The translations under genes were made by a program, and so were the position numbers. 64,000 bases of DNA from a virus, in the IMG/VR virus record IMGVR_UViG_3300018915_000002; one strand, given 5' to 3'. Below, piece by piece: positions 45,068 to 54,916 of this stretch. The notes below the pieces were generated by a model that worked only from the letters and a program-made list of their open reading frames with translations, was not told the origin of the DNA and searched no databases. Each line of letters begins with the position of its first letter. The stretch's first letter is position 1.

Positions 45068-47635
45068 ATGGTTTCCTTAGAAAAACTCGCCCGTCCAGAT
45101 TTCGCTGAAGGCAGATTTACAGACCTCAATGAAGGTCGAATAATGGGAGGACTCCCAGCCGAGATCACCTCGCTCAATGATCCAGAAAAGCTTGGTCGTA
45201 TCCAGGTCTGTTGCCCACTTATTGACGACACTGCAAACCTGCCAAACGGGGATGACGGTTGGATTCAAGCGATCGAGCTGTTTACGAATAACGCCACCCC
45301 CGGTGGTAGTCATCGTCTCCTGCACGTCGGTAGCCAAGTAATTTTACTACCTATACTAGGTCATCCCAACCAAATGATATTGCTGGGGTGTATCCCAAAT
45401 CGAATTGATCGCCCCTCTCCAGAAGTTGATCGCGCAGAAGGTCTCTACGGTCACCATACCCAGAATGGGGTTTTCAAAATTCGCAATGACAAGGAGCAGT
45501 CAGAAATCAATGCCTTTCCGCACGGTGTTACCCAACACGTTTCCGGCGGTGGAGATATTACGCAGCAGACTAAAGAGGGTGCGAAGGTTCAACTCAAATC
45601 TGACGGCACTGTTAGAAATGAAAATCCAAAAAGTTCAACGACACTCGCCCCAGATGGAACAGTTGAAACGAGGAACGCCGCCTCCGGCACCAGTGTGCTG
45701 ACCAAGGACGGGAACTGGGAAATTAAATCCAAGAACCAAGCCTCCCTCAAACTGAACGATGGCGATGCCGTGATGGAAGGTCCCAAGTCTCAACTTTCCT
45801 CCCTCGTCTCCGGACTCAAGCAAAAACTCGCCGGTACACTGGGACAGGGTGAATCTCTTGTGCGCCAAATCGAAGGACTCAAAGATTCGATTGGCAGCAT
45901 GAGTATAGAGAATTTATTGACCGAGTTACCCGATGCGATCGCCTCTGTAGACTCGATCATCAAATCATTCCCCGATGTACTCGATACCCTCGACGAAATC
46001 AAGAAGTTTCCTGTCGAGGAATTGGGCGACTCTCTGATGGGACAGGCTACCCAGTTCCTTGATGCGGGATTAGGAGGCATTATCCCTGTGATCCAGGAGG
46101 TATTATCCAGTCCCGGTGGCATCGAGGAGAAGGTTAGTGAACTGGTAGAAAACTTAGGCTATACAGGGTCTGTACAAGAGCTTCGCGACATCTTAACCGG
46201 ACTAGACGGGATGCCCGATATCCAAATACAAGCAATATCAAGCCTTGTAGCGCCTGGAGGCTTTGAAGCATCGAAGAATATATTTGGTCTGGGCTTAGAG
46301 TCTACACTGTCTAAACTAGATCTAAACCTGAGCTATACAGGCTCTGTACAGGGTCTAAACGAGACCTCTACGAATACCTCTATTCAAGGTCTAATACAGG
46401 GGTTGACAAGTACTGGTCAAGATCTAGTGCAGGGCTATACAGGCTCTGTACAGGATCTAAACCTAGCAACTGTTGCCAATACATTGAATAAACTTGGTCT
46501 CTCGCTCGACAAAGATGATCTGAACCTCGCCGCGATACTCAACCCAACCTTCACACCCAACCCCACTACACAGTCGGGCAATATCGCCTCGCTTGCCACG
46601 GAGTTCCGTGGCGCTCAACAATTCCTGAACCAGTTGATTGAGCAGGAAATCCCCAGTCTCCTACCTGCACCCCTCAAGGATCTGTTTAGCAATGACGATG
46701 TGATGAACATTGTCCAACTAGCCCTAATCGGTGGGAACCCGATGGGAATGTTGCTGGGTCAATCCGCTTCAAAGCTGATTGGGGATTTAGCGCCAACGCT
46801 ATTAGAAGGAGTAGGGCTGGGAGGTGCGATCGCGCCCGTCCAGCAGTTGCTCGGTTCTCTCCAATCCGGAAACCTGGAAGGTGTAGGAAGCATCATCGAC
46901 ACGATCATCCCTGGTCTAGATCTTGATAAGGTCTTGTCAGGTGGTGTACAGGGGATTGTAGAGAATGTATTGCCCGATGCTCTTGGTGGAATAACGGGAG
47001 CATTGGGTGGACTCTTCGGCGGCGGAAAGAAGAAGGCTAACTTAGCGTTCAATGCGCTGAATGGGGCTGCCAAAGGTGGAACGATTCGCGCTACCAAAGA
47101 TAAGGTAGAAGCCGTAGCTGATTCCGCCCTGCCCACCGCAAAAATGGTGATCACTCGAAGTAAAGCCGCCCTTGTTGCTCAGACTGGACTCGCCGAGGTC
47201 TTCGCTGGTGGTGCAACAGCCGGGGTCTCAACTCCTTATGGTAGTTTTGGGTTTGGAGCAGGTGGCGGTAGCCTATTTAGTAAGGGTGCGATGGCGATGC
47301 GGATTGCCCAAGATATTGGTAAATCTGCGGGTCTGGTGCTACATCCAAAGTCAGGCGTTTCCTTGGCGAGTTTTGCTGACAGTGATTTTGATCCAGATAA
47401 ATCAGACGACTGGGATAGGAAAACCGCTGAGGTGACGATTGATGAGGGGAACGTGTACATCGCCTCTCATGGTAGTGACCATGATGGGATTGCTGTTACT
47501 CCGAATGGCGTTTACCTGGAAGGGTGGCACATTCGGGAATTGGTTAACAGGCTTTCTAGCCTAGAGACTTCCTTTGCTGGATTGTCTGTTCAGTCTGTAG
47601 TTGATGATATGGTGGGAGGTGCAATTTTGCCTTAG
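45068..47635 (+). CDS. Baseplate spike protein (gp5/GpV/VgrG OB-fold plus beta-helix) with long helical insertion
   Basis: NDPEKLGRIQV..P...W...LHVGSQV...GHP...LLG; repeated xxDGxVx beta-helix units. Confidence 0.7.
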   Translation: MVSLEKLARPDFAEGRFTDLNEGRIMGGLPAEITSLNDPEKLGRIQVCCPLIDDTANLPNGDDGWIQAIELFTNNATPGGSHRLLHVGSQVILLPILGHPNQMILLGCIPNRIDRPSPEVDRAEGLYGHHTQNGVFKIRNDKEQSEINAFPHGVTQHVSGGGDITQQTKEGAKVQLKSDGTVRNENPKSSTTLAPDGTVETRNAASGTSVLTKDGNWEIKSKNQASLKLNDGDAVMEGPKSQLSSLVSGLKQKLAGTLGQGESLVRQIEGLKDSIGSMSIENLLTELPDAIASVDSIIKSFPDVLDTLDEIKKFPVEELGDSLMGQATQFLDAGLGGIIPVIQEVLSSPGGIEEKVSELVENLGYTGSVQELRDILTGLDGMPDIQIQAISSLVAPGGFEASKNIFGLGLESTLSKLDLNLSYTGSVQGLNETSTNTSIQGLIQGLTSTGQDLVQGYTGSVQDLNLATVANTLNKLGLSLDKDDLNLAAILNPTFTPNPTTQSGNIASLATEFRGAQQFLNQLIEQEIPSLLPAPLKDLFSNDDVMNIVQLALIGGNPMGMLLGQSASKLIGDLAPTLLEGVGLGGAIAPVQQLLGSLQSGNLEGVGSIIDTIIPGLDLDKVLSGGVQGIVENVLPDALGGITGALGGLFGGGKKKANLAFNALNGAAKGGTIRATKDKVEAVADSALPTAKMVITRSKAALVAQTGLAEVFAGGATAGVSTPYGSFGFGAGGGSLFSKGAMAMRIAQDIGKSAGLVLHPKSGVSLASFADSDFDPDKSDDWDRKTAEVTIDEGNVYIASHGSDHDGIAVTPNGVYLEGWHIRELVNRLSSLETSFAGLSVQSVVDDMVGGAILP

Positions 47636-48165
47636 CTCGTCGGATTAAGGACTTCGATTAAAAAGTCCTGGTTCAGCATAAATTCATAAGCAACTGCCTC
47701 AACGCCCTCTCTCGTTCTTGGGGTAGTAATCGAGCAAAGTGCTTCTAGTTGAGAAGGGGAAATTAAACTCTCGTTACAGGGAGACAATTGATTCATCAAA
47801 TCAATCGCCAAAAGCTTGTTTTCCCTTCGATAACTATCTAATGCCTCAAATATTGAACCCGCCTTAAACTGAAGGTTGCTCCAGCATGTATCAGGGTCGA
47901 AGCTTATGGAATTGATCAGTATAGCTATTTTCAATCCAAAGGCTTTTAAAAACCATGCTGTGAACAATATTGAAGCCTCAGATATCCCAAAGATCCGTAT
48001 ATAAGAACACAACATCCAAAATGAGTAATAGCTAAGTGTCGGATCTAGATCCTCCAAGATTTCAATCAATTCCTGGGTTTTAGCGACGGAGATGTTCCCA
48101 TCTGGATCAAGCCATTCTTTAGTTTTATTTTCGATTTCTTCTCTTTTATGGGGGTCAGGTATCAT
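47632..48165 (-). CDS. Hypothetical protein
   Basis: 177 aa, AT-richer than neighbours. Confidence 0.55.
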   Translation of the reverse strand: MIPDPHKREEIENKTKEWLDPDGNISVAKTQELIEILEDLDPTLSYYSFWMLCSYIRIFGISEASILFTAWFLKAFGLKIAILINSISFDPDTCWSNLQFKAGSIFEALDSYRRENKLLAIDLMNQLSPCNESLISPSQLEALCSITTPRTREGVEAVAYEFMLNQDFLIEVLNPTS

Positions 48166-48419
48166 TGCTTTCTACAACCTAAACTAAACTCAATTTACTG
48201 GCTCAAGATTTTTCTTCACTCTCACCAAAACTATCCTAGCTATAAGTGGCTAGTGGCAACAGACTCCAAAAGTTGTTAGTATAAAAGGTAACCTATACAA
48301 GTGAATAACGATTGCTAGCGCCATTCTATCGGTGGACCCGCTAGCGCTTGTGAAGGGCTTGTTCATGGTTTTGCTTTAAATTAACGAAGGCTGCTTCACT
48401 CTGTGAGGCAGCCTGTTTT

Positions 48420-48944
48420 TTAGCTTGTGAGTCTACTCTTCTTTGTCTTAACAGGTGCGATAGGGATTGTAACTTCTGCTTCGAGATGCGCGATCGCCTT
48501 CCTCGCATGAGCCACCATGTCTTCTATCTCTGCTTGGAACTCATCCACTTCATCCCCCTTCATTTTTTCTAACTCACGAACCATGTGAAGTAGGCGACAG
48601 CGCTTGACCCACGCTTGGGGATTGTCCTTGAAATCGTCTTGGGTCAATGTTTTAGTCCTAGGTACAAACATCCAGTCGTTTATTAACTGAGTCATTAATC
48701 GAGTGGAATCAACCTTTTTATGGAAGTAGTATTCGAGGTCTTCATACTCCCCATTAAAACTTCCGGTTTCTTGGCACTCTCCGTGGTCATTAATGATTTT
48801 CCAATTGAATGCCTTGGATAACTGATGGTAGTACTGCGACAGCTCCAACTTCCACCCAAAGTAGTATTGACTTTCTAAAGCCATTTCCGGTGGAGGGGAT
48901 GCGATCACAGGGGTGGCTACAGCAGGCAAAGGTAGTGTGTTCAT
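48420..48944 (-). CDS. Hypothetical protein
   Basis: Start placed at MNTLPLP after GAAGCAAAACCAATG. Confidence 0.6.
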   Translation of the reverse strand: MNTLPLPAVATPVIASPPPEMALESQYYFGWKLELSQYYHQLSKAFNWKIINDHGECQETGSFNGEYEDLEYYFHKKVDSTRLMTQLINDWMFVPRTKTLTQDDFKDNPQAWVKRCRLLHMVRELEKMKGDEVDEFQAEIEDMVAHARKAIAHLEAEVTIPIAPVKTKKSRLTS

Positions 48945-49059
48945 TGGTTTTGCTTCGAGTTTACTCAATCCTAGCTCAGGATTCTGTTGCAAAAGAAAAA
49001 GAGGTGATCGCTTATTACTACAGGCGATCACCTCTTTTTTGGGTCACGGAACTCCGTGT

Positions 49060-50025
49060 TCAGAAAACGTCAATCGACCGAATCTTCTTTCTCCTTGCAG
49101 TTGCTTGCAACCGCCTCAAAGCCTTTGCTTCGATTTGTCGAATCCGCTCACGGCTTAACTCTAGTTTGTCGCCGATTTGGGATAAACTCATGGGTTCTCC
49201 CTTTTCCCCATAGAATCGCAATCGGATAACCTCCTTTTCTCTCCCACTCAAAGAGGCGAGTAGTTCCGTTGCCGCGTCCTTTACGTCGGGCGAAACGTCG
49301 TCCTCTCCACGTCTATCAGGGATTAAATCGAGCAATTCGGTATCCTTCTCGTTGCCAATGTAGGTGGAAAGGGAGACGACGTTTCTGGCGTTTGCCAAAA
49401 TCTCTGCAATATCCTCCGGCTTCATCCCCATTTGGGCGGCTACTTCAGTTCTCCTGGGCGGTCTACCTAGCTGGTTTTCGAGTTCGCGAATTGTTTTTTT
49501 GATCTTATTGATCTTCTCTGTTACATGGATTGGGTTCCTAATCGGTCGTGCATCATTGGCGATCGCACGGGTGATTGCTTGCCGAATCCACCAGTAGGCG
49601 TAGGTTGAAAATTTATACCCTTTTTCAACGTCAAACTTTTCTGTTGCTCTCTGTAGCCCCATGTTTCCCTCTTGGATTAACTGAAGCAAATCCAGTCCCC
49701 TATTCTGGTACTTTTTGGCAACTGAAACCACCAGCCTTAGGTTGCTCTCAACCATTTTTTTCTTCGCCCGCAGCCCCCTTTCTAAAATCCGATTAAAGCT
49801 ATCGGGATCTATGTTTGCTGCCTTCCTCCACTCGTCCTGGGAGGGTTCTCGGTCAAGCGTCTCTTCTAGGCGATCGCGAATCTCCTCTAACTTGACCCGC
49901 TCGGTGACGAGTCTCGCTAGTTCAATTTCCTCATTCGGCTGTAGCAGTGGAATTCGCCCAATTTCACACAAATATTGGCGAACTCCATCAGTTGTTAATG
50001 GTTTTGCTTTCTTGGTAGCTGGCAT
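49060..50025 (-). CDS. RNA polymerase sigma factor, RpoD/SigA family (group 2-like, no region 1.1)
   Basis: DGVRQYL.EIGRIPLL, NLRLVVSVAKKY, EGNMGL.RA.EKFD, KFSTYAYWWIRQAITRA, SRERIRQIE. Confidence 0.92.
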   Translation of the reverse strand: MPATKKAKPLTTDGVRQYLCEIGRIPLLQPNEEIELARLVTERVKLEEIRDRLEETLDREPSQDEWRKAANIDPDSFNRILERGLRAKKKMVESNLRLVVSVAKKYQNRGLDLLQLIQEGNMGLQRATEKFDVEKGYKFSTYAYWWIRQAITRAIANDARPIRNPIHVTEKINKIKKTIRELENQLGRPPRRTEVAAQMGMKPEDIAEILANARNVVSLSTYIGNEKDTELLDLIPDRRGEDDVSPDVKDAATELLASLSGREKEVIRLRFYGEKGEPMSLSQIGDKLELSRERIRQIEAKALRRLQATARRKKIRSIDVF

Positions 50026-50260
50026 GACTTTCTTGACTCGCCTTCTCGAACATCCTATCCCGGTTTGCCACAAAAAAGCGATCCGCATGTGGAGAATGCG
50101 AGTCGCTTGAGCCAGGGATACATCTCCCTGAATCATATATTTTTTTGCGGAAGAATACAAAAAAGCGATCGCAAGTGAACGATCGCTCAGCCAAGGTGAT
50201 CTACATTTGCAATCATGTTATCGTTTCTGTGGCTATTAAATGATTTACCCAAGCAAAACG

Positions 50261-50482
50261 ATGAGCAATGTTCCGGTAGACTCTTCTGGGAAAACCTTTC
50301 ACCTCCCCGACGAGTTAGTTCAGACCGTACAAAATGTAGCAGCAGCGGAGGGCGTTAGCGAAGATGAAGCCCTTCGCCGATTGATTGTTGACGGAGCTTT
50401 CGTTCATCAACAGATGAATCGAGGTTGCAAGGTTCTTCTCCAAGACCCGTCGAAGAAAACCAAGGAAGTGATTTTTCGGTAG
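50261..50482 (+). CDS. Small ribbon-helix-helix-like protein
   Basis: TFHLPDELVQTVQNVAAAEGVSEDEALRRLI; AAGCAAAACGATG leader. Confidence 0.55.
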   Translation: MSNVPVDSSGKTFHLPDELVQTVQNVAAAEGVSEDEALRRLIVDGAFVHQQMNRGCKVLLQDPSKKTKEVIFR

Positions 50483-50503
50483 GTAGACCTAGACTTAAAA
50501 CCC

Positions 50504-51860
50504 CTGCTCTCTAAAACTTGATCAAAGGTAACCATAGCTGGTCAGAGCTTATCCGTCTAGTTCCTGTTTCACCCTAGGAAGTCGGCTCCTTCTAGTCCAC
50601 AGGCGTAAATTCCGCTCAAGCCAAGCGTACTCGGTCGTCAGGGGCATTTTCAAGATTAATCGACGCATTTTCGTCGCGGTCTTGGGAGTACCCACATTTT
50701 TGGCAATTAAAAACCCTGTCCTTCAGCTTCATATCTTGGACATGACCACACTTAGAGCAGGTCTTGGAACTGGGATACCAACGGTCTACCAGTTCTACCT
50801 TTGTCCCGTAGTGAGGTTGCTTGTAAATAAGCTGACGACGGATTTCGTAAAAGCACTTGTCACTCACAGCATTAGCCAACTTGTGGTTGGCAATCATACC
50901 TGAGACATTGAGGTCTTCTATGCGGATGTTGTAAACACGACGACTTAGGTCTGTCGTCATCTTCTGAGTCGTGTCTTGGCGAATATTAGCAATTCGCGCA
51001 TGACGACGAGAGAGCTTAACGTAGTACCGTCTAGCCTGACCGGAGGCTTGTATCTTCAGCTTTTTATTTCCCAGAACCTTGTTACGATTACGCCATTGCA
51101 GTTTGCCGAGCTTGGTTTTCGCCCTTATTGTGGCAGCAGGCATCTCGTACTTAGTTCCATCGGAAACTGTAGCTAGACATTTGACTCCCAGATCCACTCC
51201 GACTCGTTGCAGTGGATGGATAACTGGGGGTATTTTTTCAGCATCTAGGGTGAAAGAAACGTACCATCTATCCGCCGTTCTCGAAACCGTGAAGGTCTGA
51301 GAACTACAGGTAAAGTCTATCTTCTCTTTCAAACGAAAGGTCGCCAACCCTGGAAGCTTAATTCGCTTTCCAGGATTGACGACCACTCTGTTTGTAAAGG
51401 GTAGTGCAGGCTTCCCTTTTTCGGGATATACTCCAGCCGTCTTATAGACAGTGAAGGAGTCTCCTCTCTTTTTGGACTTCTTCTTAGGAAAGCCAGATAA
51501 GCCCTTGCGCCAACGAGCAAAAGCTTCTTTGATGTCGATGAATGCAGATTGGTAGACCGTGGAGGGATACTTCTTCATCCACGCGAATTCTGGTTTCTGC
51601 ATTGTGACATTGGTAAAAACCTTTTTAATTGCAGCAATCCGCTTGGAATCACTCGCTTTTACATCTTCAAAGTCCCAACTGACGACGATTAAGTCGAGGC
51701 AGTAGTTATAAACAAAGCGCTTAAATCCAGCACAGCCACGCATGAGAGAACGTTCTCTGTTATTCAGTTTTAGTTCTCTTTTGAGGGCGTACATGATTAG
51801 ACTTTTATCTTCGTGTGTTGATTATAACAAAGACCTTGAGTGGCACTCAAGGTCTTTGTG
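50504..51860 (-). mobile_element. IS607-type tnpB-only element
   Basis: After tnpB: TTTACGCCTGTGGAC...GGTGAAACAGGAA...GTTTTAGAGAGCAG, typical of IS607-type right ends. No serine transposase. Left end approximate. Confidence 0.7.
50616..51794 (-). CDS. tnpB: TnpB RNA-guided endonuclease
   Basis: GVDLG, IEDLNVSGM, PSSKTCSKCG, DRDENAS.NL. Confidence 0.93.
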   Translation of the reverse strand: MYALKRELKLNNRERSLMRGCAGFKRFVYNYCLDLIVVSWDFEDVKASDSKRIAAIKKVFTNVTMQKPEFAWMKKYPSTVYQSAFIDIKEAFARWRKGLSGFPKKKSKKRGDSFTVYKTAGVYPEKGKPALPFTNRVVVNPGKRIKLPGLATFRLKEKIDFTCSSQTFTVSRTADRWYVSFTLDAEKIPPVIHPLQRVGVDLGVKCLATVSDGTKYEMPAATIRAKTKLGKLQWRNRNKVLGNKKLKIQASGQARRYYVKLSRRHARIANIRQDTTQKMTTDLSRRVYNIRIEDLNVSGMIANHKLANAVSDKCFYEIRRQLIYKQPHYGTKVELVDRWYPSSKTCSKCGHVQDMKLKDRVFNCQKCGYSQDRDENASINLENAPDDRVRLA

Positions 51861-51894
51861 GTGAAGTTTATGTGGTGGGTGAGATCGCCTCTTC

Positions 51895-52677
51895 TTACCG
51901 GCTGATGATGATGTCCGTTGGCGTTGAGATTGCTTCTACCCCAAGGTTCTGCGAGAGTTGATATGCCGTTCCAGTCTCATCAATAAAAGTGAGGTACTGA
52001 TGCGTAATCTTCCGCCAGCTTCCGTTCCCAGAGACACAGCGCCAAGAAACGTCTACTCTAGTCTGTTCTGGAGTGATTACAGCGTTTTTTAGATCTCGAA
52101 TAAACTCACCTGTTTGTCTCCGGAACTGGGATAAATCAAATTCATGCCAGAACTCATGCCGTCGTCTGTTCACGGCTTGTTTCAAGGTGGTGGTAGTTAA
52201 CAAGGCAACGGAAGAGGCACTCATGACGACCTGCCTTTCGTCGCGAACTCGCGTAATTCCAGTGATCAATTTTGGGTTTTCCATCATCCAAGTGACTCGA
52301 TTCAGAACTTGTGGGCTAACAGTCAGTTCGCCAACCTCAATAGTAGGAACGGTAATGAGCGGTTCGTCTTGCATGGTAAAATCTCCTGATAGTTGACTTG
52401 TTGGTGAAGCGGATACAGGGATAGGGTTGTGGCTCATTGACCAAAAAATTTCTACAGCCGATTGTCCCCAGTCCCTGCAAGCACTCGCCAATTTCTTCCT
52501 TTTTTCCTTGTACAGCCTTTTGGCTGCCTGTGCGCTCGGAGTAAAGATGCGTATGAGATCGGAGCAAAACGCCCCAGGATAGGGAATATCATGCTCCTGA
52601 GCAAACATTTTCCAAGCAGCTTGGCTAACGATGAGTGATGCATCCCTGATTAGCGGTCCCGTTACTTCCATTCCCAA
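51895..52677 (-). CDS. Hypothetical protein (possible PAS-like C-terminus)
   Basis: 260 aa; overlaps the upstream regulator; start uncertain. Confidence 0.5.
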   Translation of the reverse strand: MGMEVTGPLIRDASLIVSQAAWKMFAQEHDIPYPGAFCSDLIRIFTPSAQAAKRLYKEKRKKLASACRDWGQSAVEIFWSMSHNPIPVSASPTSQLSGDFTMQDEPLITVPTIEVGELTVSPQVLNRVTWMMENPKLITGITRVRDERQVVMSASSVALLTTTTLKQAVNRRRHEFWHEFDLSQFRRQTGEFIRDLKNAVITPEQTRVDVSWRCVSGNGSWRKITHQYLTFIDETGTAYQLSQNLGVEAISTPTDIIISR

Positions 52678-53350
52678 ATTCCTCCTTACGCATTTTCATT
52701 AACTGATCAAGACTTACCCCCGTAACGGACGAAATAAGTTCTAATTCTTCGTCGGTCGGTCTACCACCTGCTGCGATTGCACTAACTCGATTTTCGTGAT
52801 CCGTGATGATCTCGTCGAACAGCTCGATGCATTCATTTCGGTTTGATGTGACCAGCTTGGCTATAGTGGAAGGTTCAACTGATGATTGAATAGGTGACTC
52901 CAGTACGTTTTTTAGCCTGTCTTGGAGAATATTCCACGCTTTATTCATCACTTCCACTAGAAATAGTGGAGAGAGCTTGTTTAATAGCCGTAGAATCTCT
53001 CCAGCAATCTGAGCTTCATCAATAGGGGCTTCTGTTTCGTTTATCGCGGCGAAAATGCGATCGCTTGATAGATTACCTTTGATGTACTGTTTGAGATCGT
53101 TCTCATTGACCTCGATTGCCTGTGCCAGTTGACCAATGTTTTGATCGAGTATTCCCTGAGTCCCTCTTTCCCACCTCTTAACCGTTTCGACAGAGAAGCG
53201 TTTAGATGCCTCTGGAATATTTCGATTCAAGTAATTCGCCAAGGCAATCGAGTCCTTGCTTCCAATGCGCGATCGCACGAAAGCTATTAATTCTGCTAGC
53301 CGCGCACGAGTGGCTAGCTTTTCTTCTTCTGGTTGTTTTTTTCTGCCCAA
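52625..53350 (-). CDS. XRE/CI-like transcriptional regulator
   Basis: IALANYLN...SVETVKRWERG...LAQAIEV HTH; GGAGG ribosome-binding site; divergent from a long + operon. Confidence 0.6.
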   Translation of the reverse strand: MGRKKQPEEEKLATRARLAELIAFVRSRIGSKDSIALANYLNRNIPEASKRFSVETVKRWERGTQGILDQNIGQLAQAIEVNENDLKQYIKGNLSSDRIFAAINETEAPIDEAQIAGEILRLLNKLSPLFLVEVMNKAWNILQDRLKNVLESPIQSSVEPSTIAKLVTSNRNECIELFDEIITDHENRVSAIAAGGRPTDEELELISSVTGVSLDQLMKMRKEEFGNGSNGTANQGCITHR

Positions 53351-53600
53351 CTTCCTCCCTCCTCACTTCTCGTTGATTCTCTCATTTATCTCGTCTATTC
53401 AGCAATCTCATTGTCACAGGCTGAATAGCTAGATACCTGAGAAGGTTTTTCTGCACCCCTTGTCACATTTCGTTTTACTTGCTTATACTGATTGTAGTGA
53501 TTAAACGAGAAAAACGAAACTCAAGTTACTCGTTAAACACAAGCACCCTGACAGCGCACCACCTTCTCACCGAGGTGGTGCATCTCTAAAGCAAAACCCA

Positions 53601-54233
53601 ATGAACAAGCCCACAGAACAACTCAACGCGATCGCCTCCTCCCTGGAGGCTATCGCTTCACTGTGGGCGTATCGCAGCACGGAATTCCGTGGTCAAACCC
53701 GTCATGGAGAGATTATGAAACACAGGTTAATCAAGTTAATGGCAGGGGGCGCGATCGCACTCCCACTACTAATAACAACAACCTCTTGTAGAGGAGGCGC
53801 GACTGCTGTCCCAGTGGCACCGATTGTAGTAACTCCTGTTGCTGCTCCTTCGGTTGCCTCAGCTAATCCCCAAGCAGATAGGTGTCCTGATACGTGGACA
53901 GCGACTCTTTGGGTAAGTGATGTTCAACCAGAACAGGTTGAGGACATCAAGGTAACCGCCAAGTCTGATGCCGTATTCTGCCAACGCTTCGTTGGTAATA
54001 CTGATTCTGAGAAGGAATCAGAAGTAGGCGTAATGGTTAAGGTCGATGTGCCTGATATTTCAGCCGCACTGCCCCAGGAAACGATAACCTTCGCTAACCA
54101 AAAGGAAGCGGCGGAACACATCGCTAAGACCGAGGCTATGCTGTTGGATTCTGGGATAGAACCCAAAATCGATGCCACTCTCAAGCTCCTAGAAGAGGTT
54201 GGGTACAAGGTATCGGTCGGCTCTCTTGGATGA
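53601..54233 (+). CDS. Putative lipoprotein / hypothetical protein
   Basis: MKHRLIKLMAGGAIALPLLITTTSC lipobox-like sequence if the internal ATG (GGAG) is used. Confidence 0.55.
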   Translation: MNKPTEQLNAIASSLEAIASLWAYRSTEFRGQTRHGEIMKHRLIKLMAGGAIALPLLITTTSCRGGATAVPVAPIVVTPVAAPSVASANPQADRCPDTWTATLWVSDVQPEQVEDIKVTAKSDAVFCQRFVGNTDSEKESEVGVMVKVDVPDISAALPQETITFANQKEAAEHIAKTEAMLLDSGIEPKIDATLKLLEEVGYKVSVGSLG

Positions 54234-54260
54234 TCGCGAGTTCCGCATTAAAGCAAAACT

Positions 54261-54572
54261 ATGACTAATTTCACTCCAGAAACTACGGGTAGAGATATTT
54301 ACTTACAGGACTTCACTGATACCTGTAGGCTGATCTCCGCGTCCCAAGTAGTAGAAGAGTTAGAACTGCTTAATCAAGCGATCGCGAAAGCCAATCAACA
54401 AAATACTGGTGCAACGGATCGCTTGCTGATTGCGGGTCAACTGTACATCGACGGTAGCCAGTGTGATTCTGGCAAGGAAATCATGCGACAGTTTATCGCT
54501 CGAACCAATGCCAGCACTGAGAAATCACTGAATCGCCTCAGGGCGCAGTTAAATAACACCGATGATTGGTAG
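54261..54572 (+). CDS. Hypothetical protein
   Basis: AAAGCAAAACTATG leader. Confidence 0.65.
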   Translation: MTNFTPETTGRDIYLQDFTDTCRLISASQVVEELELLNQAIAKANQQNTGATDRLLIAGQLYIDGSQCDSGKEIMRQFIARTNASTEKSLNRLRAQLNNTDDW

Positions 54573-54634
54573 GCAATGCCGCCAATTTTGTCCCCACGGA
54601 ACTCCGTGTTTAGTTTTCTAAATAAAGCAAAATC

Positions 54635-54841
54635 ATGATCAAAAGCATAAACAAGAAACCAGAAGTCATTAAAGTTCATTTGGAATTAGAGTTTTCGCCT
54701 CATCTTTTTAGGGCAATCAGACTGTTCCTCACTATCCGAAATATCACCTTTGAGCAGTTAATTGCCTCCTGGTGCGATCGCCTCATCCCCGATGCTCCCG
54801 ATATCCCTGATGAGGTGTCGGAGGTCGAGCGATCGCGCTAG
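54635..54841 (+). CDS. Hypothetical small protein
   Basis: AAAGCAAAATCATG leader. Confidence 0.6.
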   Translation: MIKSINKKPEVIKVHLELEFSPHLFRAIRLFLTIRNITFEQLIASWCDRLIPDAPDIPDEVSEVERSR

Positions 54842-54916
54842 TCAGGGAGTTTTTCCCACCCGTGCTTCTGAAGAAGAAGGCGGGATGGGGTAATCCCCCG
54901 TAAGTAAGAGCGGAGT

